From: Lysinibacillus sp.
GTDB lineage: Bacteria; Bacillota; Bacilli; Bacillales_A; Planococcaceae
Reading direction: 5' to 3'
DNA: 64,000 nt
NCBI GenBank assembly: GCA_032053185.1
Contig: DAMBVB010000004.1
Location: forward strand, 77,900 to 141,899
Shown here in pieces: positions 40,041 to 50,932 of the stretch. Under the pieces are notes generated by a model that did no database searches, was not told the DNA's origin, and saw nothing but the letters and a program-made list of their open reading frames with translations. The first letter of the stretch is position 1. Each line of letters starts with the position of its first letter. A program made the translations under genes and the position numbers.

Positions 40041-40072
40041 TGCTGAATTCCTCAGCGGAAAGAAGTTAAAAA
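40041..40072. repeat. Extra copy of the type B hairpin terminus (GCTGA-ATTCC-TCAGCGGAAAGAAGTTAAAAA)
   Basis: Shares GAAAGAAGTTAAA with 40147-40160, 57050-57063 and 11108-11121. Confidence 0.6.
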
Positions 40073-40100
40073 AACAGGGAAAGAAATGCTTCCTTCCCTG
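40066..40100 (-). terminator. Intrinsic terminator downstream of secDF
   Basis: Minus strand: CAGGGAAGGAAGC-ATT-TCTTTCCCTG followed by TTTTTTT. Confidence 0.75.
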
Positions 40101-40120
40101 CTTCAATAAAGACATATGAA

Positions 40121-40160
40121 CAATTATACCTTGGCATCATTGCTTCTGAAAGAAGTTAAA
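40121..40160 (+). repeat. Minimal 40-bp type B element (two termini only) overlapping the secDF stop codon
   Basis: CAATTATACCTTGGCATCATTGC followed directly by TTCTGAAAGAAGTTAAA. Confidence 0.75.
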
Positions 40161-42423
40161 CAATAGGCTCGTCAGTACCCCATTGTTTTTTCTCTTTTTT
40201 GTGTATTTGACCATCTGATTTTTTCATTTCACGAACCTTCAATGAATACCAGATTTGTGCAGCAATACAAATGGAAGAATACATACCTGTGATTAAACCA
40301 ACTAATAACGCGATTGAGAAGTTTTGAATCGATGGTGCACCTAAAATAAGAAGTGCCATTGTCACGATAATAACCGTTAACACGGTGTTAACAGATCGAC
40401 CCATTGTTTGACGTAGTGATTTGTTAACGATATCGGCTAACAATTCTCGGTCTTTAATCGTATCATATCGCTCTAAGTTTTCACGCATACGGTCAAACGT
40501 AACGATCGTATCGTTAATAGAATAACCGACAATCGTCAGTACGGCTGCAATAAACGTAATATCGACTTCTAAGCGCATGAAACTAAATACAGCAACAATT
40601 AAAAATACGTCATGTAGTAATGAGACAATTGCCCCAACACCCATGCGCCATTCGAAACGAACCGCTACATAGATAATGATCCCGATAGCCGCAAGAGATA
40701 ATGCATAGATTGCATTTTTCACAAGCTCTTTACCGACAGTTGGTGACACTGTACTTACGCCAGGTTCATGACCATATTTTTCGCCTGCTTCTTTTTTGAA
40801 TTTTAAAATTTCTGCTTGCGTTAGGTCCTGTTTGTAACGGATAACCGCAGCGTTACTCTTTTCACCTGCCAAAACGATATCTTCAGATGGGAAGCCAATA
40901 CTATCTATATAATTAGATACTTCTTCTTTAATCAACGTTTGCTCCGATTCAATTTGCACACGAGTACCACTTGAGAAATCAATACCGACGTTTAGACGGA
41001 AGACACCAAGAACTACTAAACCAGCTACTAAAATAGCTAATGAGAGTGTATAAAACTTCTTACGGTTGTGTACAAAGTCAAAACGATCAAATTTCGTTGA
41101 TAAATCTAATGTTCCGATATTTTCCTCTAAGCTATGCTGTTTAGATTTGGCAATACCAAACCACGCTGGATTGTTGAAATAGCCACTATTTACAAGTAAT
41201 CCTTGTAATACACGAGAGCCCCAAACAGCTGTTAAGAAGCTTAGTAAAATACTAATAATTAATGTCGTTGCAAACCCTTTGACAGAGCTTGTCCCGAATT
41301 GGAATAATACAGCAGCTGCTAATAATGTCGTTAGCTGTGCATCGACAATTGCTGATAAAGACTGCTTCGAGCCAATTTGGAATGCTTGTTTCACCGTATA
41401 ACCTACTCTTAGCTCTTCACGAATACGCTCCGCTGCTAATATATTCGCATCAACGGCCATCCCTATACCGAGCACGATAGCTGCGATACCTGGAAGTGTT
41501 AACACCGCATTAATCCAGTCGAATACAACTAGTACTAGGAAAGTGAAAATAGCAAGTGTAATGATGGAAATAAAGCCAGGTAAGCGATAGTAGAATAGCA
41601 TAAATAAGAAAATTATTACTACGCCCACAATACCTGCAAAAATTGTACTTTTCAGTGCTTGGTCACCAAATTGTGCACCAACTGAGGTAGAGTAAATTTC
41701 ATTAAGCTTTACAGGCAGTGCCCCAGCATCTAAAATACCCGCTAAGTTTTTTGTTTCTTCAACTGTAAAGTTCCCGCTAATCATTACATCTGTTGTATTT
41801 AATGTTTGATTAACTGTTGCCGCAGATGCATAGCGAGGCTTCGCTTTTTGTGATTCAGCTTTATATGAATCAACACCTTCTTCAAAGTCTAACCATACAA
41901 CGAGTAAATTTTGACCTGCAGGTTTAGCAGCTATTTTACTAGTTATATCAGCAAATTTTTTCGCATCTTTTAATGTTAGGGAAACAATTGGACGATTTTG
42001 CTGGTCAAAGGAACCTTTAGCCCCACCCGGCTTCAAGTCATTCCCATCCAACAATAAATTGTCATCGACATCACGGAATGTTAAATTTGCAGAAGTAGAC
42101 AATAATTTACGTGCTGACTCTTGGTCTTCGACACCTGCTAATTGCACACGAATACGGTTTTTGTCTTCAACCTGAATGCTTGGTTCACTTACCCCGATAG
42201 CATTTACACGTTCACCAAGAGCAGTTGCTGTTGCCGACACAACTTCTGGTGTAATTTTTTGTCCCTTGTGTAATTCTGTCACCTCATAAAGAACCTCAAA
42301 CCCGCCCTGTAAGTCAAGGCCTAGCTTAATGTCCTTTAAGACGCCGCCTACAGTCGTACCGATGGTGGCTACAAAAATAACCATTAGCAGTACGAATGCA
42401 ACTATACGACTTTTTAGTTTCAT
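40156..42423 (-). CDS. secDF: Protein translocase subunit SecDF (fused)
   Basis: 755 aa with 12 TM segments and the SecD periplasmic domain followed by the SecF half. Confidence 0.95.
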   Translation of the reverse strand: MKLKSRIVAFVLLMVIFVATIGTTVGGVLKDIKLGLDLQGGFEVLYEVTELHKGQKITPEVVSATATALGERVNAIGVSEPSIQVEDKNRIRVQLAGVEDQESARKLLSTSANLTFRDVDDNLLLDGNDLKPGGAKGSFDQQNRPIVSLTLKDAKKFADITSKIAAKPAGQNLLVVWLDFEEGVDSYKAESQKAKPRYASAATVNQTLNTTDVMISGNFTVEETKNLAGILDAGALPVKLNEIYSTSVGAQFGDQALKSTIFAGIVGVVIIFLFMLFYYRLPGFISIITLAIFTFLVLVVFDWINAVLTLPGIAAIVLGIGMAVDANILAAERIREELRVGYTVKQAFQIGSKQSLSAIVDAQLTTLLAAAVLFQFGTSSVKGFATTLIISILLSFLTAVWGSRVLQGLLVNSGYFNNPAWFGIAKSKQHSLEENIGTLDLSTKFDRFDFVHNRKKFYTLSLAILVAGLVVLGVFRLNVGIDFSSGTRVQIESEQTLIKEEVSNYIDSIGFPSEDIVLAGEKSNAAVIRYKQDLTQAEILKFKKEAGEKYGHEPGVSTVSPTVGKELVKNAIYALSLAAIGIIIYVAVRFEWRMGVGAIVSLLHDVFLIVAVFSFMRLEVDITFIAAVLTIVGYSINDTIVTFDRMRENLERYDTIKDRELLADIVNKSLRQTMGRSVNTVLTVIIVTMALLILGAPSIQNFSIALLVGLITGMYSSICIAAQIWYSLKVREMKKSDGQIHKKEKKQWGTDEPIV

Positions 42424-42654
42424 TTATAAATCCTCCTCGAATTGGTAAGGCAAGTCCTTACACTACAAACAAGTATAATAGCAAGTCCTTTTGAAACGTT
42501 TATTCCTCCTTTTCCTTTAGAATAATATTGCCTGTGCTTCAAAAAGGTTGCTCTACTTATTTCAATCGTTCATAACGCGCAAATTTATCCGTGTATTTGA
42601 ATAGATGTTATGCCTCCAAATTATATGGAGGTTTTTGTTGCATATACTTAGACA

Positions 42655-42698
42655 AATAAAAAAAGCGCAACACACTCATTATGAAACACGTTGCGCTT
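42655..42698 (-). terminator. Intrinsic terminator after comN
   Basis: Minus strand: GCGCAAC...GTTGCGC followed by TTTTTTTA. Confidence 0.7.
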
Positions 42699-42757
42699 GG
42701 TGTCAATTCAACACTTTTAGTATTCTTTTATTATTTGACAAATTTCATACATTCTTC

Positions 42758-43066
42758 TTATATTTTAACCGGACCAAGTAGCGTTTTTAACTCTTCTGTA
42801 TTCAAATCTGTAAACCAATCATTACTTTGTAAAAATTCTACTTGATTAAATGATACGATATCGGATGGTGATACTGCAAAAATAGTGGCGATAATTTCAT
42901 GTAAACGTAAGTGTTCAATATTTTTTCTGCGCCATTTTTTCTCTATACAATAGCGCCATAGTTCCTCTGCTGTAATCGCATCGTATTGATAATGTTTAAA
43001 CTCTTCTATCTTACTATCGATTGCAGGACGAATTTTTTCAAATAGTTGCTCATACTGCATACTCAT
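42758..43066 (-). CDS. comN: Post-transcriptional regulator ComN (YrzD family)
   Basis: 102 aa. It lies between secDF and spoVB as in B. subtilis and has an EELWRYC-type core. Confidence 0.7.
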   Translation of the reverse strand: MSMQYEQLFEKIRPAIDSKIEEFKHYQYDAITAEELWRYCIEKKWRRKNIEHLRLHEIIATIFAVSPSDIVSFNQVEFLQSNDWFTDLNTEELKTLLGPVKI

Positions 43067-43159
43067 TTTGAATCATCTCCAATCAAAGTTGTATCGTAAG
43101 ACATGTTTGCATACAAATAGTATAAATGAATTTTTGTGGCTTGAGAAGGGACGGATGGC

Positions 43160-44677
43160 ATGAGTTCGTTTGTACGGGGTACACTATTTTTAATGTTTGT
43201 GATTTTTTTATCGAAACTCTTTGGCTTCTTTTATAGAATGCAATTTATGCGTATCGCTGGTGAAGAGGCAGTGGGCATTTATATGACCGTCTATCCGGCG
43301 TTCATTTTCTTCATCTCACTCATTCAACTTGGACTACCTATCGCTGTGGCAAAAATTGTAGCAGAGTTACTAGCCAAAAACAAACGCGAAGGCATCTATG
43401 GTGTTATGCGTACGGCTATTCTTTGGTCATTTATTGGCATGATCATCTTTATGCCGATTGTTGCACTTACAATACCATATATCTCGACTACGCTTTTACA
43501 TAATGAACAAACAACATTTACGCTTTGGATTGCACTCTTTGCTGTACCAGTGGCAGTTGGTTCTGGACTATTGCGCGCTTATTTACAAGGTATTGCGAAA
43601 ATTACACCAACAGCTTGGGCTCAAATGATTGAACAAATGATCCGCATTAGCTTCATCACATTTACGCTGCCCTTTGTGGCTGCCTATGATAACGCTGCCG
43701 TTACAGCAGCCTCCGCTATGGGTATTACACTTCTAGCTGAAGTCGTTGCTTTCTTGTATTTGTGGATGCATTATATTGTTTCAAAGAAAAAATTATTGAC
43801 ACGAAAAAACAAAATCGAGGCATATCCTTCCTCCCCGATGTTGCGGATTGCCCTTCCTTCTGCAGGAAGCAAGCTGTTTGGATCTTTTACTTGGTTTTTA
43901 GAGCCTATCATTTTTTTAAAGGCTTTAACAATGGCTGGATTGACAGCCTCCGCAGCCACAATTTTATATGGGGTTATTTCGGGTGTACTAGTCCCTCTTT
44001 TATTATTCCCGGCTTTTGTGTCTGCAGCACTTTCGATCGTTCTTATACCGGCAGTAAGTGATGCTGTTGCACGTCAGCATATCCCACTCCTACAAGAACG
44101 TATTTCTGTATCATTGCGACTATCTTCCTTAGTGGGCTGTGTTGCTGCTACGTACTTTTTCGTTCATGGAGACGACTTAGCTGTAAAGCTCTTTCATTTA
44201 CAAGAAAATAGAGGTTATGTGAAAATATTGGCCCCTATTTTTTATTTTTATTATATACAAAGTCCATTGCACTCTATATTACAAGCAATCGGTGAAGCTC
44301 GTGCAGCAATGATGAACTCCATTTATGGTGGTCTTGGTAAGCTCTTTGTCATGTTCGTACTTGCTTCTCAGCCTGGGATACAGGAAAAAGGTGCCGTTGT
44401 AGCAATTGGCTTTGGTGTTTTATTAACTTCATTCTTGCATATCGCAACAGTAAGACAGCGCAAAAACTTACGAGCTGGATTTAGAATGTTTGTAGTGCCC
44501 TATAGCTGCTTTATTGCTGTTTGTGTCACTCAGTATTTCCTGATGCAAATTATGCCACTACCTTTTATTTTAAATAGCTGTGTAACCTTGTTTTTACTAT
44601 TTACTTTCTTACTATTTTCCAATCAGTTGCGCCTAACTGATTTACGCTACCTTCGTAAACTGGCCAAGAAAGTTTAA
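43160..44677 (+). CDS. spoVB: Stage V sporulation protein B (MOP/MurJ-like flippase)
   Basis: 505 aa polytopic protein with N-terminus RGTLFLMFVIFLSKLFGFFYRMQFMRIAGEEAVGIY. Confidence 0.85.
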   Translation: MSSFVRGTLFLMFVIFLSKLFGFFYRMQFMRIAGEEAVGIYMTVYPAFIFFISLIQLGLPIAVAKIVAELLAKNKREGIYGVMRTAILWSFIGMIIFMPIVALTIPYISTTLLHNEQTTFTLWIALFAVPVAVGSGLLRAYLQGIAKITPTAWAQMIEQMIRISFITFTLPFVAAYDNAAVTAASAMGITLLAEVVAFLYLWMHYIVSKKKLLTRKNKIEAYPSSPMLRIALPSAGSKLFGSFTWFLEPIIFLKALTMAGLTASAATILYGVISGVLVPLLLFPAFVSAALSIVLIPAVSDAVARQHIPLLQERISVSLRLSSLVGCVAATYFFVHGDDLAVKLFHLQENRGYVKILAPIFYFYYIQSPLHSILQAIGEARAAMMNSIYGGLGKLFVMFVLASQPGIQEKGAVVAIGFGVLLTSFLHIATVRQRKNLRAGFRMFVVPYSCFIAVCVTQYFLMQIMPLPFILNSCVTLFLLFTFLLFSNQLRLTDLRYLRKLAKKV

Positions 44678-45309
44678 GATTCTTTTAGCTGAATATGAAG
44701 CCGATTTTCCTCCCAAACACAAAAAAATACAGTGTTACTATCCGTAATATTATTTTTAGCAAGCTCTGCCATTAACCAATCAGCATCTTTATGCAAGACT
44801 TTTAAATGCCTATCCTGAATATCACCGTCGATAATCAGTGGGTAAACAAATGCCTTTTCATCTTTTTGATATACGGACAGATTGCCAGATGGCTCTAAAT
44901 AGGCATAAGCAATATCTGTAACGGAAGCATTACCATTTTCGCGTAATTGTTGACATAGATCATCTAAATTATAGCGTTGCTTCCGCATTTCACTTTCTAA
45001 AATGACACCATCTCTAATAAGCAATACTGGATCACCATCAACTAGGTCACGAAACTTTTTATTTTTGAGTGACAAATAAGCAGATATTATTTGAATGAAA
45101 AACAACACGATGATTGGTAAAATGACATTAAATAAAGGACTTTCGAAATCATCGAGTGCAAATGCTGCAACCTCAGCCATTAAAATGGATACGACTAAAT
45201 CTATTACAGACAATTCGCCGACCTCTCGTTTACCCATTAAACGAAAAATGATTAGGATAAACACATATAAAAAGCATGTTCTAAAAATAATCGTTAAATA
45301 TTCTTCCAT
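44674..45309 (-). CDS. DUF421 membrane protein (YrbG/YetF family)
   Basis: Internal start MEEYLTIIFRT. Contains FRLMGKREVGELSVIDLVV and the DUF421 C-terminal domain. Stop codons overlap with the convergent spoVB. Confidence 0.8.
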   Translation of the reverse strand: MEEYLTIIFRTCFLYVFILIIFRLMGKREVGELSVIDLVVSILMAEVAAFALDDFESPLFNVILPIIVLFFIQIISAYLSLKNKKFRDLVDGDPVLLIRDGVILESEMRKQRYNLDDLCQQLRENGNASVTDIAYAYLEPSGNLSVYQKDEKAFVYPLIIDGDIQDRHLKVLHKDADWLMAELAKNNITDSNTVFFCVWEENRLHIQLKES

Positions 45310-45356
45310 GCAGTCACCCCCATACAATAAGGTGACCGTGTACGTTACTTTTTATA

Positions 45357-45400
45357 CAAAAAAGCCTTGTCAAAAATGAATTCTACATTTTGACAAAGCT
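45357..45400 (-). terminator. Intrinsic terminator downstream of yajC
   Basis: Minus strand: GCTTTGTCAAAA-loop-TTTTGACAAGGC followed by TTTTTTGT. Confidence 0.7.
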
Positions 45401-45458
45401 ATTTATATGGTGTAAGGCGTTGTCCACTAATATTGGACAACGCCTTTAAAATCAATTT

Positions 45459-45722
45459 TTAATCATTGATAACTCGTCCGATTGCCTGACGATCAAATTT
45501 TACGCGAACATTGTCTGCGATTTTTACTGTCACAGCTGTGTCCTCAATGGAGTCAATCTCACCATGTAAGCCACCGATTGTAATAACTTTATCTCCACGT
45601 TGCAAATTACCCTGCATATTTTGTGTTTCCTGCTGTCTCTTTTTAGCAGGGCGGATTAAAATAAACCACATTGCTACGAACATGATTAAAATCATGATTA
45701 AGCTAGAATATTGTTCCATCAT
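45459..45722 (-). CDS. yajC: Preprotein translocase subunit YajC
   Basis: Internal start MMEQYSSLIMILIMFVAMWFILIRPAKKRQQE behind GGAAAGGGGG. Confidence 0.9.
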   Translation of the reverse strand: MMEQYSSLIMILIMFVAMWFILIRPAKKRQQETQNMQGNLQRGDKVITIGGLHGEIDSIEDTAVTVKIADNVRVKFDRQAIGRVIND

Positions 45723-45888
45723 GCTTGCCCCCTTTCCAATTCTTATATAGTATAGACTATTCCACCATAAAAAAGCGATGGACACGCCTAAATTTTTTCT
45801 ATATGACGAATGTTTTTTCTAAGTTAGACATTTTTTTGCTAGAAATATTCATATATCACACAAATTTACATGATTTCCGCACTAAATA

Positions 45889-47052
<1,164 letters not shown>

Positions 47053-47087
47053 TTATCTAAAGTAAAAACAGTACTCCGATTTTTTCT

Positions 47088-48131
47088 TTATTCTCCTTTT
47101 GGACGAATAAACATAGCATCACCAAAGCTAAAGAAACGATAGTTGTCTTCTACAGCTTGATGATATGCACTTAAAATTGTTTCTTTTGTTGCAAGCGTAC
47201 TTACTAGCATGACAAGGGTAGACTTTGGTAAATGGAAGTTTGTGATTAAACCATCCACAACAGTACATTCATATCCCGGATAAATGAAAATAGACGTCCA
47301 ACCTTGTTCTGCTCGCACTTCGCCACCATATTTAGAGCCGATAGTTTCTAATGTACGTGTAGAGGTTGTACCAACTGCAATCACTTTTCCACCGTTGCTC
47401 TTTACTCGATTGATAATAGCTGCCGTTTCTTCCGTTACACTATAAAATTCGGCATGCATTTCGTGATTTTCAATTGAATCTACACTTACAGGGCGGAAAG
47501 TTCCAAGTCCCACATGTAAAGTGATGAATACAACTTCAACCCCTTTTGCTTTTACTTGCTCAAGTAATTGTTCTGTAAAATGCAGGCCTGCAGTCGGTGC
47601 TGCAGCTGAGCCACGCTCTTTTGCATAAACGGTTTGGTAACGATCCTTATCCTCTAATTTTTCACGAATATATGGAGGTAGTGGCATCTCACCAAGTTGC
47701 TCTAAAATTTCATAAAAAATCCCATTATATTTAAACTCAAATGTACGCCCACCATGAGCAAGCTCGCCTGTACAAGTAGCTCTCAGTAAGCCATCTCCAA
47801 ATGTTACAACTGTGCCGACTTTTACACGTTTAGCTGGTTTAACAAGTGTTTCCCATTCATCTGTACCTGCCATTTGCTTTAATAGCAGTACTTCTATATG
47901 AGCACCCGTTTCCTCTTTAACGCCCATTAAACGCGCTGGTAAGACTCTTGTATCATTTAACACAAGGCAGTCTCCCTCTTGTAGCTCATCTAAAATATGA
48001 GCAAAATGATGATGCTCTACATTTTTTGAGCCTGGCGTTACTACCATTAAACGACTAGCTGTTCGGTCCAAAAGTGGTGTTTGTGCAATAAGCTCTTCTG
48101 GCAATTCAAAATCAAAATCTTCTACACGCAT
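47088..48131 (-). CDS. queA: S-adenosylmethionine:tRNA ribosyltransferase-isomerase
   Basis: 347 aa with [17 protein letters not shown] and [12 protein letters not shown]. Confidence 0.95.
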   Translation of the reverse strand: MRVEDFDFELPEELIAQTPLLDRTASRLMVVTPGSKNVEHHHFAHILDELQEGDCLVLNDTRVLPARLMGVKEETGAHIEVLLLKQMAGTDEWETLVKPAKRVKVGTVVTFGDGLLRATCTGELAHGGRTFEFKYNGIFYEILEQLGEMPLPPYIREKLEDKDRYQTVYAKERGSAAAPTAGLHFTEQLLEQVKAKGVEVVFITLHVGLGTFRPVSVDSIENHEMHAEFYSVTEETAAIINRVKSNGGKVIAVGTTSTRTLETIGSKYGGEVRAEQGWTSIFIYPGYECTVVDGLITNFHLPKSTLVMLVSTLATKETILSAYHQAVEDNYRFFSFGDAMFIRPKGE

Positions 48132-48148
48132 GAAAATACTTCCTTCTT

Positions 48149-49153
48149 CTAGGTTTGTTGGGGATATTCATATCCAAAATGTTCGTAGGCTGAATGGGTT
48201 GCCACACGTCCACGCGGCGTACGCTGTATAAAGCCAATTTGCATTAAATATGGCTCGTACACATCTTCAATCGTTACGCGTTCCTCGCCAATAGACGCTG
48301 CTAGCGTATCTAAGCCTACAGGGCCACCGCGGAAGCGCTCAATCATATTGGTCACAAGTTTATAGTCAATATGATCAAGCCCTCTAGAATCAACTTGTAA
48401 TAGCTCAAGCGCTTGCTTAGCCAGTCCCTCCGTTATCATACCATCTCCGAGCACCTGTGCATAATCACGCACTCGTTTTAGCAAACGGTTAGCAATACGG
48501 GGTGTACCACGCGAGCGTGTCGCCATTTCAAGTGCTGCTATTTGCTCAATGTCAACATCAAATAAATGCGCACTACGTACAACAATTTCTGCAAGTGACG
48601 CATGATCATAATACTCCAATCTCAATAACACGCCAAAGCGATCCCTTAAAGGTGCTGATAATGCGCCAGCTCTTGTTGTTGCACCAACGAGTGTAAATGG
48701 CGGTAAATCAAGTCTTACAGAACGCGCTTCAGGACCTTTACCGACGACAATATCTAAACAAAAATCCTCCATCGCAGGATAAAGCACCTCTTCTATTGCT
48801 CGGGGCAGGCGATGGATTTCATCGATAAACAGCACATCCCCTGGCTCCAGTGAGCTTAAAATAGCTGCTAAATCGCCAGGACGTTCGATTGCAGGGCCGC
48901 TAGTCATGCGCACATTGACATTCATTTCATTAGCAATAACAGCAGCTAATGTCGTTTTACCAAGGCCAGGCGGTCCATATAACAGCACATGATCTAAACT
49001 TTCCTGACGAAGCTTTGCCGCTTCAATGAAAATTTGCAAATTCTCCTTTACCTTATGTTGACCAATGTATTGTGCTAATCTTTGTGGCCGTAAAGATAAT
49101 TCAAACTGTTCATCATAGCTACCTGCCTCACTAGCCATCATACGTTCAGACAT
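48149..49153 (-). CDS. ruvB: Holliday junction branch migration helicase RuvB
   Basis: Internal start MSERMM behind AAAGGGGGG. Contains GPPGLGKTT and FIDEIHR. Confidence 0.95.
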   Translation of the reverse strand: MSERMMASEAGSYDEQFELSLRPQRLAQYIGQHKVKENLQIFIEAAKLRQESLDHVLLYGPPGLGKTTLAAVIANEMNVNVRMTSGPAIERPGDLAAILSSLEPGDVLFIDEIHRLPRAIEEVLYPAMEDFCLDIVVGKGPEARSVRLDLPPFTLVGATTRAGALSAPLRDRFGVLLRLEYYDHASLAEIVVRSAHLFDVDIEQIAALEMATRSRGTPRIANRLLKRVRDYAQVLGDGMITEGLAKQALELLQVDSRGLDHIDYKLVTNMIERFRGGPVGLDTLAASIGEERVTIEDVYEPYLMQIGFIQRTPRGRVATHSAYEHFGYEYPQQT

Positions 49154-49170
49154 GTACTTCCCCCCTTTCA

Positions 49171-49791
49171 CTATTTTAGCTTTAATAGCAATTGTAAAGC
49201 TTGTTTCATAAATGCATCTGTTGTTTCAAGCTTGTCGTTTTCTTCGAGCTGTGGACGTATTTTTTCTAATTCTTTTTCAGAATAACCAAGTGCCATTAAG
49301 GCAAGAATAGCTTCTTCAAGCTCATGTTTATATGGATTCACACCAAATAACGGTAGCTCATCTTCTGTACTTGGTAGCTCAATAGTTTCCAACAATCCGC
49401 CAAGCTTACCTTTTAAATCTAGAATCATTTGACGTGCCGTTTTCTTACCCACACCAGGAAACTTTACTAAAAACGATTCATCCTCTCGTTCAATGGCACT
49501 AATAACCTGTTGCGGATTTCCAGTAGCTAAAATAGCAAGTGCACCCTTTGGTCCAATTCCTGACACTAAAATAAGCTTACGAAACAGCTCTCGTTGGTCT
49601 AAATTTGGAAAGCCATATAACACTTGTGCATCCTCGCGTACATGCAAGTGAACAAAAATTTGTTGTTCAAGGGCCGATGTCCGAAACGCAAATGGATTTG
49701 GTGTATTTAGCTGCCAGCCAATCCCTTGCTGTTCCAGGACGATATACTCAGGAGTTATACGCTTTACTTGTCCTTTTAAATAATCATACAT
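49171..49791 (-). CDS. ruvA: Holliday junction DNA helicase RuvA
   Basis: Internal start MYDYLKGQV. Contains the HhH motifs [12 protein letters not shown] and FPGVGKKTA. Confidence 0.9.
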   Translation of the reverse strand: MYDYLKGQVKRITPEYIVLEQQGIGWQLNTPNPFAFRTSALEQQIFVHLHVREDAQVLYGFPNLDQRELFRKLILVSGIGPKGALAILATGNPQQVISAIEREDESFLVKFPGVGKKTARQMILDLKGKLGGLLETIELPSTEDELPLFGVNPYKHELEEAILALMALGYSEKELEKIRPQLEENDKLETTDAFMKQALQLLLKLK

Positions 49792-49854
49792 TCTATAATC
49801 CCTCACAATCATCGTCTTCGATTATAGCATATGACGAACGAATGCTCGACTATA

Positions 49855-49970
49855 ACAAATGCGCTAAAGCGCTCGTTTACATCCGACAAGCGCTGGATAG
49901 CCCGAAGCAAAAGTAAGCGATCCACCACTTTTGCCCTAGCCTCGAGGATGTAGCGCTTTAGCCTAGACGA
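49855..49970. repeat. Mosaic repeat type C, long copy
   Basis: GCGCTAAAGCGCT ... GCAAAAGT-N12-ACTTTTGC ... AGCGCTTTAGCCTAGAC. Its termini match 646-706, and its internal hairpin matches the type A extension at 6933-6954. Confidence 0.75.
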
Positions 49971-50040
49971 ATACTATGCTCTAGGTTATCCACAATTAAA
50001 AATCTTTACATTTAGAAATAACACATGTAGTCGTTCACAT

Positions 50041-50070
50041 ACAAAAATGACCGCCAACAGACGGTCATTT
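50041..50070 (-). terminator. Intrinsic terminator overlapping the stop of the CotS-like gene
   Basis: Minus strand: ATGACCG-TCTGTTG-GCGGTCAT followed by TTTTTGT. Confidence 0.7.
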
Positions 50071-50862
50071 CTTTATCATTTTATCAATATCGTACCACAG
50101 TTTTGGCCAATATGTGAGAGCTCGTTTTGTAAATGGCACTAAATAATCTAAAAAAACTAACTGCTGAGCTAATGGTAAATCTACTGCAAAAAGCCATTCA
50201 CGTAATAGCTCATTTGGATATTTTAAACGATGTAGCTTTCCTTTATCTAATCGTTTCAACTCTGGTAGCTCAGCAAATATTTTACCAAGGTCATAATCTA
50301 CGGCTGGCAATACACGATGTAACCATAAAATATATTCATCATCTGCTTCCCCAAGGTGAGCCAAATCAAAATCAATTAATCGTAATTTCCCATCTGAGCA
50401 CCATAAAAAATTATGATGGACGACATCACCATGTAAAAGCGTTATTTCATTTTCAGGTACATCTTCCTGAGCAATTAGCTGTAACGATTTTTCACTATAA
50501 TGTGAAATTTGATTGATCTCTTCTTTTGTTAAAAATGCACGAAATTCATTCCGTCTGCTTTTAAAACGCATATGACGCATTTGCCATTTTAAAAGCTGTG
50601 AATAGGTGTGCAAACCTGGCACCCGTTGCCAAGCAATTTTTTTATGTGTATCATGTAAAGTATTTAATAGCTTTAGTGATTCCTTCCGATCCTTTTTATG
50701 TGCAAAATTAGCACTATGACTTCCTTCTTGCCAATCTTGCACGATTAAATACTCATCATCACTTTTCATTAAAGGTAAGATCAGCGAGGGCTCCAGATGT
50801 CCAAGCTGTCGATGAATAACCCTCACCTTTTCTGCAATTTCTATTTGCTTTGCTCGTTTCAC
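50065..50862 (-). CDS. Phosphotransferase-fold protein (APH/choline-kinase family), CotS/YsxE-like putative spore coat kinase
   Basis: 265 aa with the catalytic loop LLHGDVVHHNFLW and LRLIDFDLAHLG. Confidence 0.6.
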   Translation of the reverse strand: MKRAKQIEIAEKVRVIHRQLGHLEPSLILPLMKSDDEYLIVQDWQEGSHSANFAHKKDRKESLKLLNTLHDTHKKIAWQRVPGLHTYSQLLKWQMRHMRFKSRRNEFRAFLTKEEINQISHYSEKSLQLIAQEDVPENEITLLHGDVVHHNFLWCSDGKLRLIDFDLAHLGEADDEYILWLHRVLPAVDYDLGKIFAELPELKRLDKGKLHRLKYPNELLREWLFAVDLPLAQQLVFLDYLVPFTKRALTYWPKLWYDIDKMIKK

Positions 50863-50932
50863 AAAATAATTATTGGATTGGTATTTATACTTCCAAATAT
50901 TCGGCTTTACTTCTTCAATGATATACGCTTTT

